From positions 26,722,001 through 26,786,000 of the forward strand of contig OZ024744.1 of assembly GCA_964016885.1 (NCBI GenBank): a DNA stretch of 64,000 bases, written 5' to 3'. The DNA comes from Eledone cirrhosa (Eukaryota). Position numbers and translations under genes: made by a program. The notes beneath the pieces are model-generated. The model did no database searches. It saw nothing but the letters and a program-made list of their open reading frames with translations, and was not told the DNA's origin. Numbering within the stretch: position 1 is the stretch's first letter; the number at the start of each line of letters is the position of its first letter. Positions 39,826 through 53,209 of this stretch are shown here, in pieces.

Positions 39826-42800
39826 TTTCATTTATTGGCCACAAGGGCCGACATATAGGGGACAATACAAAAGACTGGATTTTACAATACAAAAGACTGG
39901 ATTTTACAGAAAAATCGAGTAAACAATATGAATAACAATAACAAAGTAACAAGAAAAATACAACAAGAAAAATTCCCCAATAGAGGGGATGACCACCCAG
40001 GGTTCGCTCAGGTACCCCACCAATCCTGAACGACCCGACGCTTCGAGAGCACCCTGGAAGGGTACCCCCACTGCTTCTCAAATTTACCTACCTACAGCCG
40101 CATGACCAGAGTAGGCCCAGTCACAAGGGCCATTCTCGCCACATACACCCACCTTCCAGCAAATGTACTGGGGGGCAGCACTTCTCTCTCAACCCTCACC
40201 TTCCTTTCCAAGTGAAACTTGAAAAAGTTGATGAGGGATTGGCCGAAGAGAAACGTGTCTGTCTTCAGTCCTTTCAACCTCGTCCACCATACAACCTCTT
40301 TCGCTACTGCCACCAGACAGAGGAAAATTACCTGCCCTTCCTGGCCAAAAGAAGGCGGCGGGTCGATCTTCACTATGGTCTCGGCCGATAGCCGGCTCCG
40401 TTCTACACGCGACAACAGCTGTTCGACATAATTCCACAAGTCAGTAATGCACGGACACTGGACGAGTGCGTGCAGAACGGTTGCGTCGCTCTGTGCGCAT
40501 CTCGGGCAGGTCCGTCTGACAGCACTTCCGTGCTAGTAGAGTTTATCTCGAACCGGTAGTGTCCCCGGTAGCACTGCCAAGCGAGGGATTTTTGGAAATT
40601 ATCCATCGTCCCCGGCTCGAAAGTCCTCCGGAACAGACTCGTTAGTTCGACTTCGTCGACTCCCAGAACCTTTGCAAGTGCGTCGTCGCACTTGCCCACC
40701 ACTAATCCTCTATAGAATTCGAGAGTGGAAGTTCCACTGACTGCATTGCCAGCCTGGTAGAGGGCAGTGAGTGCCTCCCTGGCAACATTTCAGATGCCAG
40801 TCACCCAGTCTCGGTCTCTTCTTGACCCAGGACTGCAGCTCAGTCAAAGAGACGAGCTGCGGAAAGGCCCGTCTGACAAACGGTGACATACCTGTTCACC
40901 GTTTAGGCAGAATATCTTGAGTTGCCACAGTTTCAGCGCGTGTCTGCGCATCATTAGCCACGGCATGCCCAGTCTTCCACGTAGAGGGTAATGACAGCAG
41001 ATGGACCGCCTCCCAAGCGGAACATGACACGTCCACAAGAATTTGAAGAGGAGCCGCTCCAAGGTGGCGAGGCGCGAACGGGGGCAAGGGACGACAGTCA
41101 GACGGTAGTAGATGATGGACGCGATGTACGCGTTCACCACCTCCGCTCGACCTTTCAGTTATAGCTTCTTCCCAGCCCATTTCTGGGTGAGACTGGCTAC
41201 CCTGCCCGTCACCTCGTCCCAATCCTTATCCACCTGGAGGTTTGGCCCGAACCAAACCCCTTTACAGGTCCAGTGCCTAACGACGCTGTTGGACGGAATG
41301 GACTTGCCATTCCAGGTGCCGAGTTGCAAGCCCACCGACTTTTCCGGAATAAGTTTTGCCCCCGTCAACCTTTCATATTCCTCCAATAAGTTGCCGACCA
41401 CCTCGATTTCTGAGGTGTCCGACACCATCACGGTGATGTCGTCCGCATAGCCGACTCAGCCTTTCCGCATCCCGGTTCGAGCGGGATACAGTGCAACAAC
41501 TCCAGCTTCCGCAGTAAAGGCTCGAGAGTCAATACGTACAGAAGGGAGGAGAGAGGGCACCCTTGACGGACCGATCGGGAGACCTGAAACGGTTCCGAGA
41601 GGTGGCCATTAATTTTGACCATCGAGCAGGTGCCGCTGTGCATTGCAGCGATCTAGCTTCTGAAGATGGGGCCGAAGCCAGCCGCCTTGAGGACAGCCTC
41701 CAGGTACCCATGGTCGACCCTATCGAATGCTTTCGATTGATCTAAATTGATCAGAGCCCTATTGAAGCCAGGTTTACAACCTACCCTCTCTATGATGTAT
41801 CGCATTAGGTGGAGGTTGTCGTGTATGGAGCTGGTTGGGATTGCTCAAGTTTGCGCCTCCCCAACCAAATCCCCGACGACAAGCGCCAACCTTTTCGCTA
41901 ACACCCTGGCCAAAATCTTAAACTCTGTATTGAACAGAGTAATGGGCCTGAAATTGTGTAATGTGTCCCTCTTCTTCTCGTCTTTCCTTATCAGCTTCAC
42001 TACGCCCTGGCTCACAGAACTGGGAATACTCGCGTTCTGCTGCCAGTTGCAGTAGAGCGCTTCGAGGAGATTGGAGAAGAAGTCTGGATTATTTGCGTAA
42101 AGCTCGTAGGGCAGACCATCCAAACCGGGTGACTTGCAGCTCATGCAGCCGACAAGGGCATACTAAATCTCGGCTGAAGTAATCGGCTTTTCGCAGCTCC
42201 CAGCGTCAGCCGTCGAGTGTTGCAGCAAGCCATAGAAGTAGGGACTGATGTCCGCCACCGTCCCTGACCCACTACTTCCCCCGAACAACAGAGCAAAATG
42301 TTGGCCAAAGGCCTCACACATCCGCTTGGAATCGCTCAGCTCGTGTCCGTCTCGGTCCGTCTAAGACCGAATCGTGATTTTATTACCACGCTGCGCCCCT
42401 GCCACGCGGGCCCATCCTACAGCTTTAGTTCCCTCGTTTCTCAGAGCACGCTCCTTAGCTCTGACAATGAAACCTTCGTGTTTCACATCGAAGAAATGGT
42501 CTAATGCCATTCTCGCCGCTAGCACATTAGTTGCAATGCCACTACCAATAGCCTCGTCTAACTTATCTACCAACTCCCCCTCCTTTCTATTTTTCTCTAA
42601 CGCTAGTTCTTTGCTAAACTCTATCGACATTACTCTAATCTCTCTTTTGAGAGCCCCCCAACCATCTATTGTTGACGACTCCCCCTGTCAACTTTTTCTT
42701 AACTAAATTGTTGACCTGGTCCCTGTAAGCCTTACGTGCCGGAAATGACATGTTAGCATCCAGTAACCGGGTCCTAATCTACGCGTCTTATATAGGTCGA

Positions 42801-45520
42801 CCATACAGATCACAAACTTGTGATCTGAATAGGCGACCGTTTCAAACGTGGACAGCTTACACTATTTCTGTGTATTTTCCTAATGAATATCCTGTCTATA
42901 TACGATCTAGATGACCCTATGCGGTTAGTCCATATCCACACTGGCGCATTAGGGAAATCTAGTCGATACCTATCAGACAGTTGGAACTGGCTGATCAGGT
43001 TCTTGAGCCTTTTGCACCCCCGCTCCTATCGGATACTCCCACACAGTCTCAGCGTGCGTCTAAGATGCCGTCCAGTCCCCCGCTAACAGTAAAGGGCGAG
43101 ACGTACCCAGAAAGGCTACCAGGCGTCTAAAGACCGCCTCCTATTCTTGGGAGCTAGTGCGCGCTTGTTGGAAATCCTGGTTCCACTGACGGCAATTACA
43201 TCCATTTCTAGAGACCTGAGGTCGTTGAGCAGTTGACCCTACTTCCAGGACGATCCCAGGCCTCGAACATTTAAACTTCCTACACTTAATACGGCCATGT
43301 TGGCAGGTTAAAAGAGAGAGTGGAAAGGTTTACTTACATTCCGGGCTCTTGTGAAGGTCGGGTGGTTCGACCTCCATAGTTGGTGGGGTTTCTTTTGGGA
43401 ACCCCTTTAAAAGTCTTGAAGTGGGTTTTACGTTCGCGGTTCCCACGTCCCGAGGAAAGCTGTCTCGTATCTCTTTGTATAAATCAAGCGACATTCGCAC
43501 CAGAAACAAATCTTCCGGCACGCGAAATGTGCTCGATTTAAAAATGTCCCCCCCTTATCGTATATTTTCACTTCGTGCTACGAGGGCAATCAGTTCCTTG
43601 TTGGCCCTCCTGACGAGCACGAAGTCTTGTATGTTTTCTTGGTGTGATTTTATTTGTTTGTGTGACTGTGGTGGTGATGGTATCGGTGGTGCTGTTTTGG
43701 TTGTCTGTGTTTGTTGTGAGTGCGGTGTGTGTGGTTTCAGATGATTGTGTGTGTATTTGTGTCTGTTTACGTTGTTTGCGGTTGGGGGCTTCTGGTGGTG
43801 GTGATGGTAGTGATGATGTTGGTAATTATTGCAGAGATGTTTGTGCGTGGGTGGTGTCTGCATTTTTTTATCGTGGGTGATTTTGTGCTTTGTTGAGTTT
43901 TTTTCTTCATTTTGTGTTTCCTTTTTTGTATTTTGGGGTTTGGGGTTTTCCCTCATCTTCACTGTTGGTAGATGATGGGTCTGTGTCTGTAAGTGTGTCT
44001 GTATGTGTGTCTGTGTGTTTGTTTATGGTTTTATTGGTGTGTCTATGTTTGGGGGAAGGGGGAATTTGACAGCTTTCCTCGTTTCCTCCCTGGGTGGTCA
44101 ATGTTGGTGGTGGTCTTCCTATTGGTGTTGCTGTTGGTGGTTTTGCCGGTGCTGGTGTTGGTTGTGGTCCTCGCCCCGGAGCCGGCAGCAGTGGAGCCTT
44201 TCGATCCCTTGCATCTTTCAGCAGTTGAGGGCAGAAGGCTCGCAATTAGGTTTTTTCCCCCACAGACAAAACAATGCGGCCTTTTGCCCTCGGTCATAAT
44301 ATGAATGACCGTCCCATTCTGAAGGCGGATGTGGTCCGGGATTGTCTTCACATTCTCAGGCCTGAACTGGACAAGGATCTCCAGGTCAACCCCGACCAGT
44401 CCTCTCTGGCCGTTCTGGTCACTTCTATAGGGACTGTATCCGTCCCCTCCACAATCACACATCCCAGAAGCCACCACATTTCAAGTCCTGGTGGGATTAT
44501 GGGAATGCGGAGACGGGCCGTTCTTTTTCCCATGTGGGAGGGGTACATTATGACCTTGCTGGTTTTGAAAGGGGTCATGGCGTGTTTCATAGCGAGGGCT
44601 TCTGACTTGAACAGCACCGAAATGGTGCCGTACCGTCTGCCCCTCGCTATGTATTCGGTGTCATCTCTGATGCACTTCAGCACGACTTCGACATCTGCTT
44701 GTGGGATTAAAGCTGCCCTTTTGGTTTGTGCTGAGATGCATCTATAATGCACCGTTCTGCGCTCCACTGCCTCAATAGCTTCTACCGGGACATTTAAGTT
44801 GGCCCAAGTTCGCTCTTGCTTGATGAGCTTCCATGCCTGGGCCAACTTTTCATCTTTGTTTGAGAGGTCCATGTTGAAGCATGGCCTCTTTTTGGCTGCT
44901 GCCGCAGCGAAAGTGTTCTTCTTGTTGTCGTTGGGGGTGTTGTTGTTGTCGTTGTTCTTGTTGGTGTTGTTGTTAGCACTGTCGCTGTTATCATTGTTGT
45001 CTTTGGTGCCGCCGTTGTTCTCGGTGCAGTTGGTATTGTTGCTGTTGATGTTGTCGCTATTTGTTTTCATGTTAGTGGTGTTGATATTGTTGTTGTATTT
45101 GTTAGTTTTTTATGTGTATTTTCGTTGTCGCTGTTACTGTCATTTATTTCAAAATTAAAGTTCTGTGTTGTTATCATTGCTGTCTTGGTTTACATTGTTT
45201 GTGGTGGTGTTTGTTTTATCAATTTCTATTAATTTCACCGTAGCGCTCCTCTCAACTTTTACGTCGTTGTCGCACGACAGCAGACATATCGGTGGGGGCG
45301 TGGCTCAGCCATGCTCTTTTTTTCTTTTCGATGATTTTGGTTAAAATGTAAAAGAATTCAAATATTTGGGCTAAAACACCCAAATAATATTCTTTCTCCT
45401 TCACAGGGCAAAGTCTAAGGGTTTGTATGCCTTACACAACAACAACAAATTCAATAAATAAGTTTTGACAGGTAAATAAGTAAACTTACGGGAGCGAGCA
45501 AAAAGAGGTCCGTTCAGACT
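39826..45520 (-). mobile_element. Tx1/L1-like LINE family C, near full length, degenerate
   Basis: ORF1 pieces at 45070-43330 including RPHCFVCG...RAFCP (frameshifted zinc knuckle); ORF2 ATG at 43298; RT motifs; flanked by AAT tracts. Confidence 0.9.
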
Positions 45521-45557
45521 CAATAATATTAATAATAATAATAATAATAATAATAAT

Positions 45558-48500
45558 GCTTTCTTTATTAACCACAAGGGTTTACACAAGGTAAGCCATT
45601 AAGGACAATACAAGACAATACAGGACGGTGCAAATGGGCATTTCTGCGTGTAAAAAAAACAGAGGATGTAACAAAAACGAAAAAATGAAAAATTACCCAA
45701 TAGAGGGGAGACTTCAGAGGGACATTCGTGGAGAACACCCATTAAAAAAGCCACGGTGACCCGGACCGCCAGGGCAAGATCCCTCTCCCAGTTTTCCACC
45801 CTTAAATTACAGGCACATACTCAGATTAGGCCCATTCACTCCGGCCATTCTTGCCTCTCTCACCCATCTTTCAATAAAAAGCTGGGAAGAGAGCACTTCC
45901 CCCTCTGCTCTTATTTTCCTTTTTAAATGAAATTTGAAAAAGTTAACCAGGGCATCACCGAAGTGGTAAGTGCTCGTCTTCAGCCCTTTCAAGCGCGTCC
46001 ACCATACTATCTATTTCGCCATGGCCAGAAGTCAACAATGCTTGGACATTGGACGATTGCGTGCGGGACGGTTTCGTCGCCCTGCGCGCATCTCGGACAT
46101 GCCCGGCTGACGGCCCCTCTATACATGTAGAGTTTATCCCGAAATGGCAAAGCTCCTCGGTAGCACTGCCAGGACAGGGTTTTCTGGAAGTTGTCCATAG
46201 GCCCCGGCCCGAAAGTTCTCCCGAAGAGATTGGCTAGTTGATTTTCGTCGACGCCAAGACTTTCCCCAAGTACGTCGTCGCTCTTCCCCTCCACTAATCC
46301 TCTATAGAACGCCAAGGTGGAGTTTCCACCGATCACATTGCCCGATTGGTCGAGGGCTGTGAGCGCCTGAAGAAATTCCAATCTCCAAGCGCTCCCTCTC
46401 GTTCTTCGCTTGTCCCAGGACTGCAGCTCCGTCAAGGAGACGAGCTGGGGAAAGACGCGTCTAGCAAACGGCGACCACACCTGATCACCGTCGAGGAAGA
46501 GGTGGAGATGTCGTGCCTGAGCGCGTGTCTGCGCATCATCAGCCACGGCATGCCCAGTCCTTCACGTAGCGGGTGTTGACAGCAGATGGACCGCCGGAGC
46601 ATCGCAGCGCGTCCCTTCCACAACAAGCGAAAGAGCAAACGCTCCAGCGCAGTCAGTCGGGGCTTAGGACAAGGTACGACGGTCAAGCGGTAGCAGATGA
46701 CAGACGCTATGTACGCGTTAGCCACCTCCGCTCGACCTTTCAGGGATAGCTTCCTCTCCGTCCATTTCTGCGTGAGAGAAGCCACCCTGCTCGTCACCTC
46801 GTCCCAGGTTTTGTCCGTCTGGAGGTCCGGACCGAACCAGACCTCTAGCAATTTAACCGGTCCGTCCGTCCAGCGCCCGACGACGCTGTTGGACGGCATG
46901 GACCTGCCTCTCCTGGTTGATCATTGCTCCTGTCACCGCTTCATATTCTCTTAGTGTAGTGCTGATCGCCACGATGTATTTGGCGTTCGACACCACTACG
47001 GTGACATCGTCCGCATATGCTGACACAGATCTTCCGCATCCTAGTTCGCGCGGGAGCCCACCCCCTCAACGTCTCCAGTTTGTGCAGTAATTGCTCGAGT
47101 GTCAATACGTACAAGAGGGACGAGAGGGGACATCCTTGGCGAACCGAGCGCATGATGTTGTACAGAGCAAATATCGCTGTGCATGGCAGCGATCCATCCT
47201 CTGAAGACGGGCCCAAAGCCAGCCGCCCTCAGGACTGCCGCCAGATAACGATGGTCGACCCTATCGAAAGCTTTCGACTGATCTAAATTGATCAAGGACC
47301 CACTCGTGCCAGGTTCCCTAGCTACCCTCTCCAGGATGTATCGAATGAGGTGATGGTTGTCGTGGATGGATCTGTCAGCAATGGCGCATGTCTGCGCCTC
47401 TCCCACCAGACCACCGACGAAAAGCGCCAACCTCTTTACTAGCACCATGGCCAAAATCTTGAACTCTGTGTTAATCAGAGTTTTGGGCCTGAAATTATTT
47501 ATGTTACCCCCCTTGTTCGGATCTTTTCTCAGCAGCGGACCGCTTCTCGGCTTACAGAGCTGCGAATTCTTCCGTTCTGTTGCCAGTTGCAGAAGACGTC
47601 CGCCAAGAGGCCTCCTAACAAGTCTGGGATTTGTACGTAAAGTTCATAGGGCAGACCATCCAAACCAGGCGATTTACCCCTTGTGCAGCCAGTCATTGCT
47701 CCCGTATTTCAGCTGCTGTTATCGGCTTTTCGCAACACTCCGCCTCAGTGGCCGAGAGCCGCGGCAGTCCGTCGAGGTAGGCACTAAAGTTCATCCCTCG
47801 ATCCTGCCCGCCGCTTCCCCCGAACAGCTGAGTGAGGTGTCGTTTAAAAGCTTCACACATTTGCCCGGGATCGAGTAGCATGCGCCCGTCGTGGTCCACC
47901 AAAGACCGGATCGTGGCTTTGTTGCCACGACGCGCCTCCGCCACTCAGGCCCATTGAACGGCTTTCGACCCCTCGTGCCTGAGAGCACGCACCCTAGCTC
48001 TGACAACGCAGCCGAGGTGTCGTTGAAAAGCTTCACACATTTTCCCGGGATCGAGTAGCATGCACCCGTCGTGGTCCACCAAAGACCGGATCGTGGCTTT
48101 GTTGCCACGACGCGCCTCCGCCACTCGGGCCCATTGAACGGCTTTCGTCCCCTCGTGCCTGAGAACACGCACCCTAGCTCTGACAACGCAGCCTTCGTGC
48201 TTTGCATTGAAGAATTGATCAAGGGCCAATTTCGCCGCAAGTACGTCGGTCGCGATGCCTTTGCTAAGCGCCTCGTCTAATTTTCTAACTAGTTCTCCCT
48301 CTGCTCTATTTTTCTTTATTGCTAAACCTTACTAAACCTAATGGATCTATTCTAATCACTCTTTTCATAGCAAACCACCATTTGTTGTTGACGATGGCCT
48401 CCGTCAACGCCCGCTTAACTAGTTCGCTAATCCGGTCTCTGTAGGCCTTGCGCGCTGTTAATGACGCGTTTAGCTTCCAATAGCCGGGTCCTTGTCTATG

Positions 48501-51459
48501 AAGCCTATCTAAGTCAACCACACAGATCACGAATTTGTCGTGCGTGTAGCTGACTATCTTGAATTGTGGACAGCCTATGCTAGACCTATCTATTTCCCTA
48601 CAAAATACTCTATCTAGATATGATCTGGATGAACCGATGCGGTTTGTCCAAGTCCTCATTGGCACATTCGGGAAATAAAATCGGTACCTGCCAGACAGTT
48701 CAAAACGCCTGAGCAGGCTCTTGCACCCTCCTCCCATATCCACTAATCCCACACAGTCCCAGCGTGCATCTAAGATCCCGTTCCAGTCGCCCACTAACAC
48801 TAAAGAGCGGGACGTTCCAAGAAAGGTCTCCAGTCGCCGGAAGAAATCAGGCCGCCCTGCTCTTGTCGGGGAATAAGCGGCCACTAGCCTGAAAGCTTGC
48901 CCGTCTCCGCTGGTCACGTCCAGCACCACCAACTTACCTTTTGGGTCCAGGAAGATGGCCCGAATGGCGAGATCCAAACCTCTCCGAAAAAGCACAGCAA
49001 CTCCTCCCCCCGATCCCGGACGGCTGGAAGATGCGTACACATCGTAGCCGCCGAAGATCGGAGCCAAGGCCCGTGCTTCGGAGATTCTGGTCTCGCTGAT
49101 GGCCACTACATCTATGTTTAGTGACCTGAGGTCGTTGAGCAGGTGTCCCTGCTTCCATGACGACCCCAACCACGCACATTTATGCTTCCTATTCTGAGTG
49201 AGGTCATGTTGAAAAGGAGTGGAAAAAGATGGGAAAGACCACTACCTCACTTTTTGTGGGGGGGGGGGGGGGGGGGGTTTCCATCCTTCTCACTGCTTTT
49301 GGCCTCCTCCGGAAGAATGTCCTTATAAATCCTCCTGGAGAGTGCTTGTCGGAAGTCTCCGATGTCCTTGGGGAATTTTTGTTATAGTGTCGTGTACGCT
49401 TTCTGTGTGATGCGAGTGATTTGTATGTGTGGAGGTGGTGTGGACTTTTGGGATGTTGTGTAGTCTTTTCTGTGATGCTGGTGTTGTGTTGCATGTAGTG
49501 TAATAATTGGTTGTTCAAATTTAATTGTTTCTATTTTAGGCACAAGGCCAGCAATTACCCAGTACATTACTGGTACTTTATTTTTTCAACCCCCGTAAGG
49601 ATGAAAGGCAAAGTTAACCTCGGCGGGATTTGAACTCAGATCATAAAGGGACGTAACTCTATGCTTCAAAGCATGGTGTCCGGCTCTCTACCGATACTGC
49701 TGTGTAGTGTGTATCGTTTTGGTTGTTTTGTTTTGTTTGTGTTTGTTGTGGGTTTGTTTCTGTTTCACTTGTTGGTGACTTTTGTGGTGTTGTTGATGGT
49801 GGTGTTGAGGTTAATGATGGTGATGGTGTTGGTGTTTATGGTGATGGTGTTGGTGATGCTGGTGTGGATGGTGGCATATCTGTCGTAACTTTTTTGTTTG
49901 TTAGTTTATTTGTTTCCCCCTGTATTTTGTTTTTGGAGGGGGAAGGAAGAGTATTTTTTCTTTTTTGGTTTCTTTTTCTTTTTTTCTTTTTTCCTGATAC
50001 CGTTTCCCACTCCTCATCGTCACAATCTGTCTCCAGTTGCGATAGGTCGGGGAGTGGAAAATCCTCCATAGGCGTTGGTTTTGGTTGTGGCGTGGTGGAT
50101 GGTGGAGGCTCTGGTGCTAATTCTATCACGGTGGGTCGTGGTGGTGTTGGTTTGCTACTGTTGCTGGGGTTGCTGCTGTTACAGTTGCTTCTGTTGTTGC
50201 TGCTACAATTGTTTCTGCCATTTCTGCTGCTGATGGTATTGATGGTTGAGTCACTGGGGTGGGTAAGAGAGGTGGCCTCAACTTTTTAGCTTGAGGGCAG
50301 AAAGCCTTTAGGTGGGTTCCTTCACCACACACGACACACCTAGGCCTTCTACCCTCAACGATTACGGTGAGGTGGCTGTTGTCATTGAGGTCTATCACCT
50401 CTGGAATTTCCTCAATGTTTTTTTGGTCCGCTTGGATCAGGAACTCCATTCCAGATCCGGACTAGTTCTGCTTTTCTTTTGTTACTTCGATTATTTTCGT
50501 GTTGGCCTCGATGCCGGCAAGGACGACAGCCATTAGCCCGGAAATTTCGATGGCCGGTGGAACGTGGGTCACGCTGATCTTCATGAGTCTCTGACCACAA
50601 TAGTTTGCGAGGACTGTGAAGTCGTCACTTCTTAATTGGGCCATGGGGTGCCCTCAAGCTTCCTGTGGTGTTTCAAAGAAAACGTTCACGGTTCCATATT
50701 TCTGCCCACGTCTGATGTGAGTTTTTTCGCCCACACATGTCCCAAAGCTTTTTGTATTTGGGACTCGGATGCCCGTTCCACTCGGCGTGATTTTGTGTTT
50801 ATCGTCCGATATGACACGGTGCATAGGCGCCGATGCTCCATTTTATTAGGTGGGAGGTGAGGCTGACTCTGTACCCATCTTTTTTTACCATTCTCTTGGC
50901 TTCATTTAATTCATCCTGGCTTACTTCGATTGTTTCGCTTTTTGTGGCTGCTTTGGCAAACGACACATTTTGTTTTGCGGTGGTGTTGATGTTGATGTTG
51001 TTCTTCTTATTGTTGTTGTTGCTGTTGTTGTTATTGTTAATTTTAGTTTCAGTTGTGGTGGAAACTGGTGGTGGTGTCAGTGGTGTTCGGCGTGGAATTG
51101 TCAATTCTGGGTGAATCCATTTCGATGTCATGAGATAATAACTTTGGGGGGGGGTGGAATTCTGTTTCGTTGTGGTGGTGGTGGTGTTGGTGGTGGTGGG
51201 GGCGGGTGGGGGTCTGTTAAGAACAGTAAATTTGTCGTCCATGATTTTTTTTTTCAAACAAATATTTTGTTTGATAAATAAAATGTTTAAGTTTTTGGCT
51301 CAAGGCCCCAATCTTTTTGAGTGTCATTTTCAGAAAGCAATATATGTGACCTTATAAACACTTAACACCAAAACTTTTCCATAACTGGCAATTTGAAACA
51401 ACTGAAAACAACAAACATTTGCGGAGCTCACGATAATACGATTTCCTACGGAGGTCGCC
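45558..51459 (-). mobile_element. Tx1/L1-like LINE family A, full length, degenerate
   Basis: ORF1 zinc knuckle CVVCGEGTHLKAFC; ORF2 ATG at 49207; UTRs match 27032-32338; 180-bp internal tandem duplication at 47834-48193. Confidence 0.9.
49525..49697 (-). mobile_element. SINE inserted into ORF1 of the family A LINE
   Basis: Absent from the paralogous site near 30473; carries the SINE core and B box. Confidence 0.8.
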
Positions 51460-51520
<61 letters not shown>

Positions 51521-51523
<3 letters not shown>

Positions 51524-51950
51524 GGGTATGCTTGCTAATTGATATGTCTGTTCCAATAGACAAGAATGTATCTATAAAAACATTTGAAAAATTGAGCAAG
51601 TATAAGGAACTGGAGATAAAAATAGGAAAAATGTGGAAATTGAGAACTAAAACAATACCAGTGGTTGTAGGCGCTCTGGGAATAATACCTAAGGGGTCTA
51701 ATGACTACTTATCGCAAATCCCAGGAAACCCGCGTATAGGAGAAATACAAAAGATAGTAGTAATGGGAACTGCCCATATACTAAGGAAGATTCCGTCAAT
51801 ATAAGTACATCACAAGTCTAAACACTAAAGATGCATGTGTGAGTATGTATGTTCTTTCTTGAACATGGCGGACCTTGTTGTCTCTTGAGGTCACTGGTTG
51901 TGACTTGGTGATAACTCGTATGAATATAAAGCAAGATAAATGCAACTGTA
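51521..51950 (+). mobile_element. Short 3' fragment of another R4/Dong-like element (RLE C-terminus and 3' UTR)
   Basis: LIDMSVP...EKLSKYKEL...IPVVVGALG; (AAT)n on both sides. Confidence 0.85.
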
Positions 51951-51953
51951 ATG

Positions 51954-52013
<60 letters not shown>

Positions 52014-52014
<1 letters not shown>

Positions 52015-53200
52015 GGGAAGAAGACGCACGAGGTGACGGAGGTCATGAAATCGCTCCCGTAAGTTTTGAATTTTTAACATATTTAAATCATTTGTGAAAT
52101 AACAACTCTTAGTACAAATGCTACGTAAAGCACCCGGCTTGAGCCCCAAAAAAATTCGGACCCAAAATATATTGTTATAAGGCTCAAATATTCAAATATT
52201 CAACTTTGTATTGTACACTGTATATCCAAAAAAAAATGGCTATAAATGGAAGAAGAAGAACCCCCCCCCCTCCTCTCCTCTGGCTACACTATATAGGACA
52301 GCTAAACTCACCAACACCAGAAACTAGATACACCACCCACCCCATCATCTGTGTACACTGAACACAACAGCATTTTCACCTTCACCGCCACCGCTCACTA
52401 CGGCCATCATTACCACCACTATCCCATCACCGCCGCCACCACCCCTTGACTCCTTCACTGCTGCTGCCACCGCTACAGCACCATCACTACAGTAATACGG
52501 CTCAAATATTCAAATATTCAACTTTGTATTGTACACTGTATATCCAAAAAAAAATAAAATGGCTATAAATGGAAGAAGAAGAACCCCCCCCTCCTCTCCT
52601 CTGGCTACACTATATAGGACAGCGAAACTCACCAACACCAGAAACTAGATACACCACCCACCCCATCATCTGTGTACACTAAACACAACAGCATTTTCAC
52701 CTTCACCGCCACCGCTCACTACGGCCATCATTACCACCACTATCCCATCACCGCCGCCACCACCCCCCTGACTCCTTCACTGCTGCTGCCACCGCTACAG
52801 CACCATCACTACAGTAATACGGTCGCATCACCGCCACCACTGCCTCGGTATCGACATCACCACCACCACTGTCTCAGTATCGCCAACGCCGCCAGTCTCT
52901 GCTGGCTACCACTTCCACATTATAGAATTCCTACTACTAACAAAGAGGAAGGCATCAAAATATATAGATAGACTCAAAAGAAAAAAGAAAAAACAAACAA
53001 CAAAAGCAGCACAGCAACAACAGTAAAAAACGAGAAAAACAGAGAAAAACAAAAACAAAAAAAGAAACCCCAAAAACGTAAAGAAAATAAGAATGAAGAG
53101 AGAAGCAGGCGGACGGACAGAGAAGAGGGGGGAAAAAGTAAAACTTAAAAAACAAAAACTAAGTCAGACATTCGAATACTACATTACAATGAAACTTATG
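52014..53200 (+). mobile_element. LINE 5'-end-like module with a roughly 320-bp tandem duplication (52181-52498 and 52499-52820)
   Basis: Homologous to 56987-57360; shares tcgctcccgtaagttt with the family C 5' end (45482-45497, minus strand). Confidence 0.55.
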
Positions 53201-53209
53201 CTTATTCAT

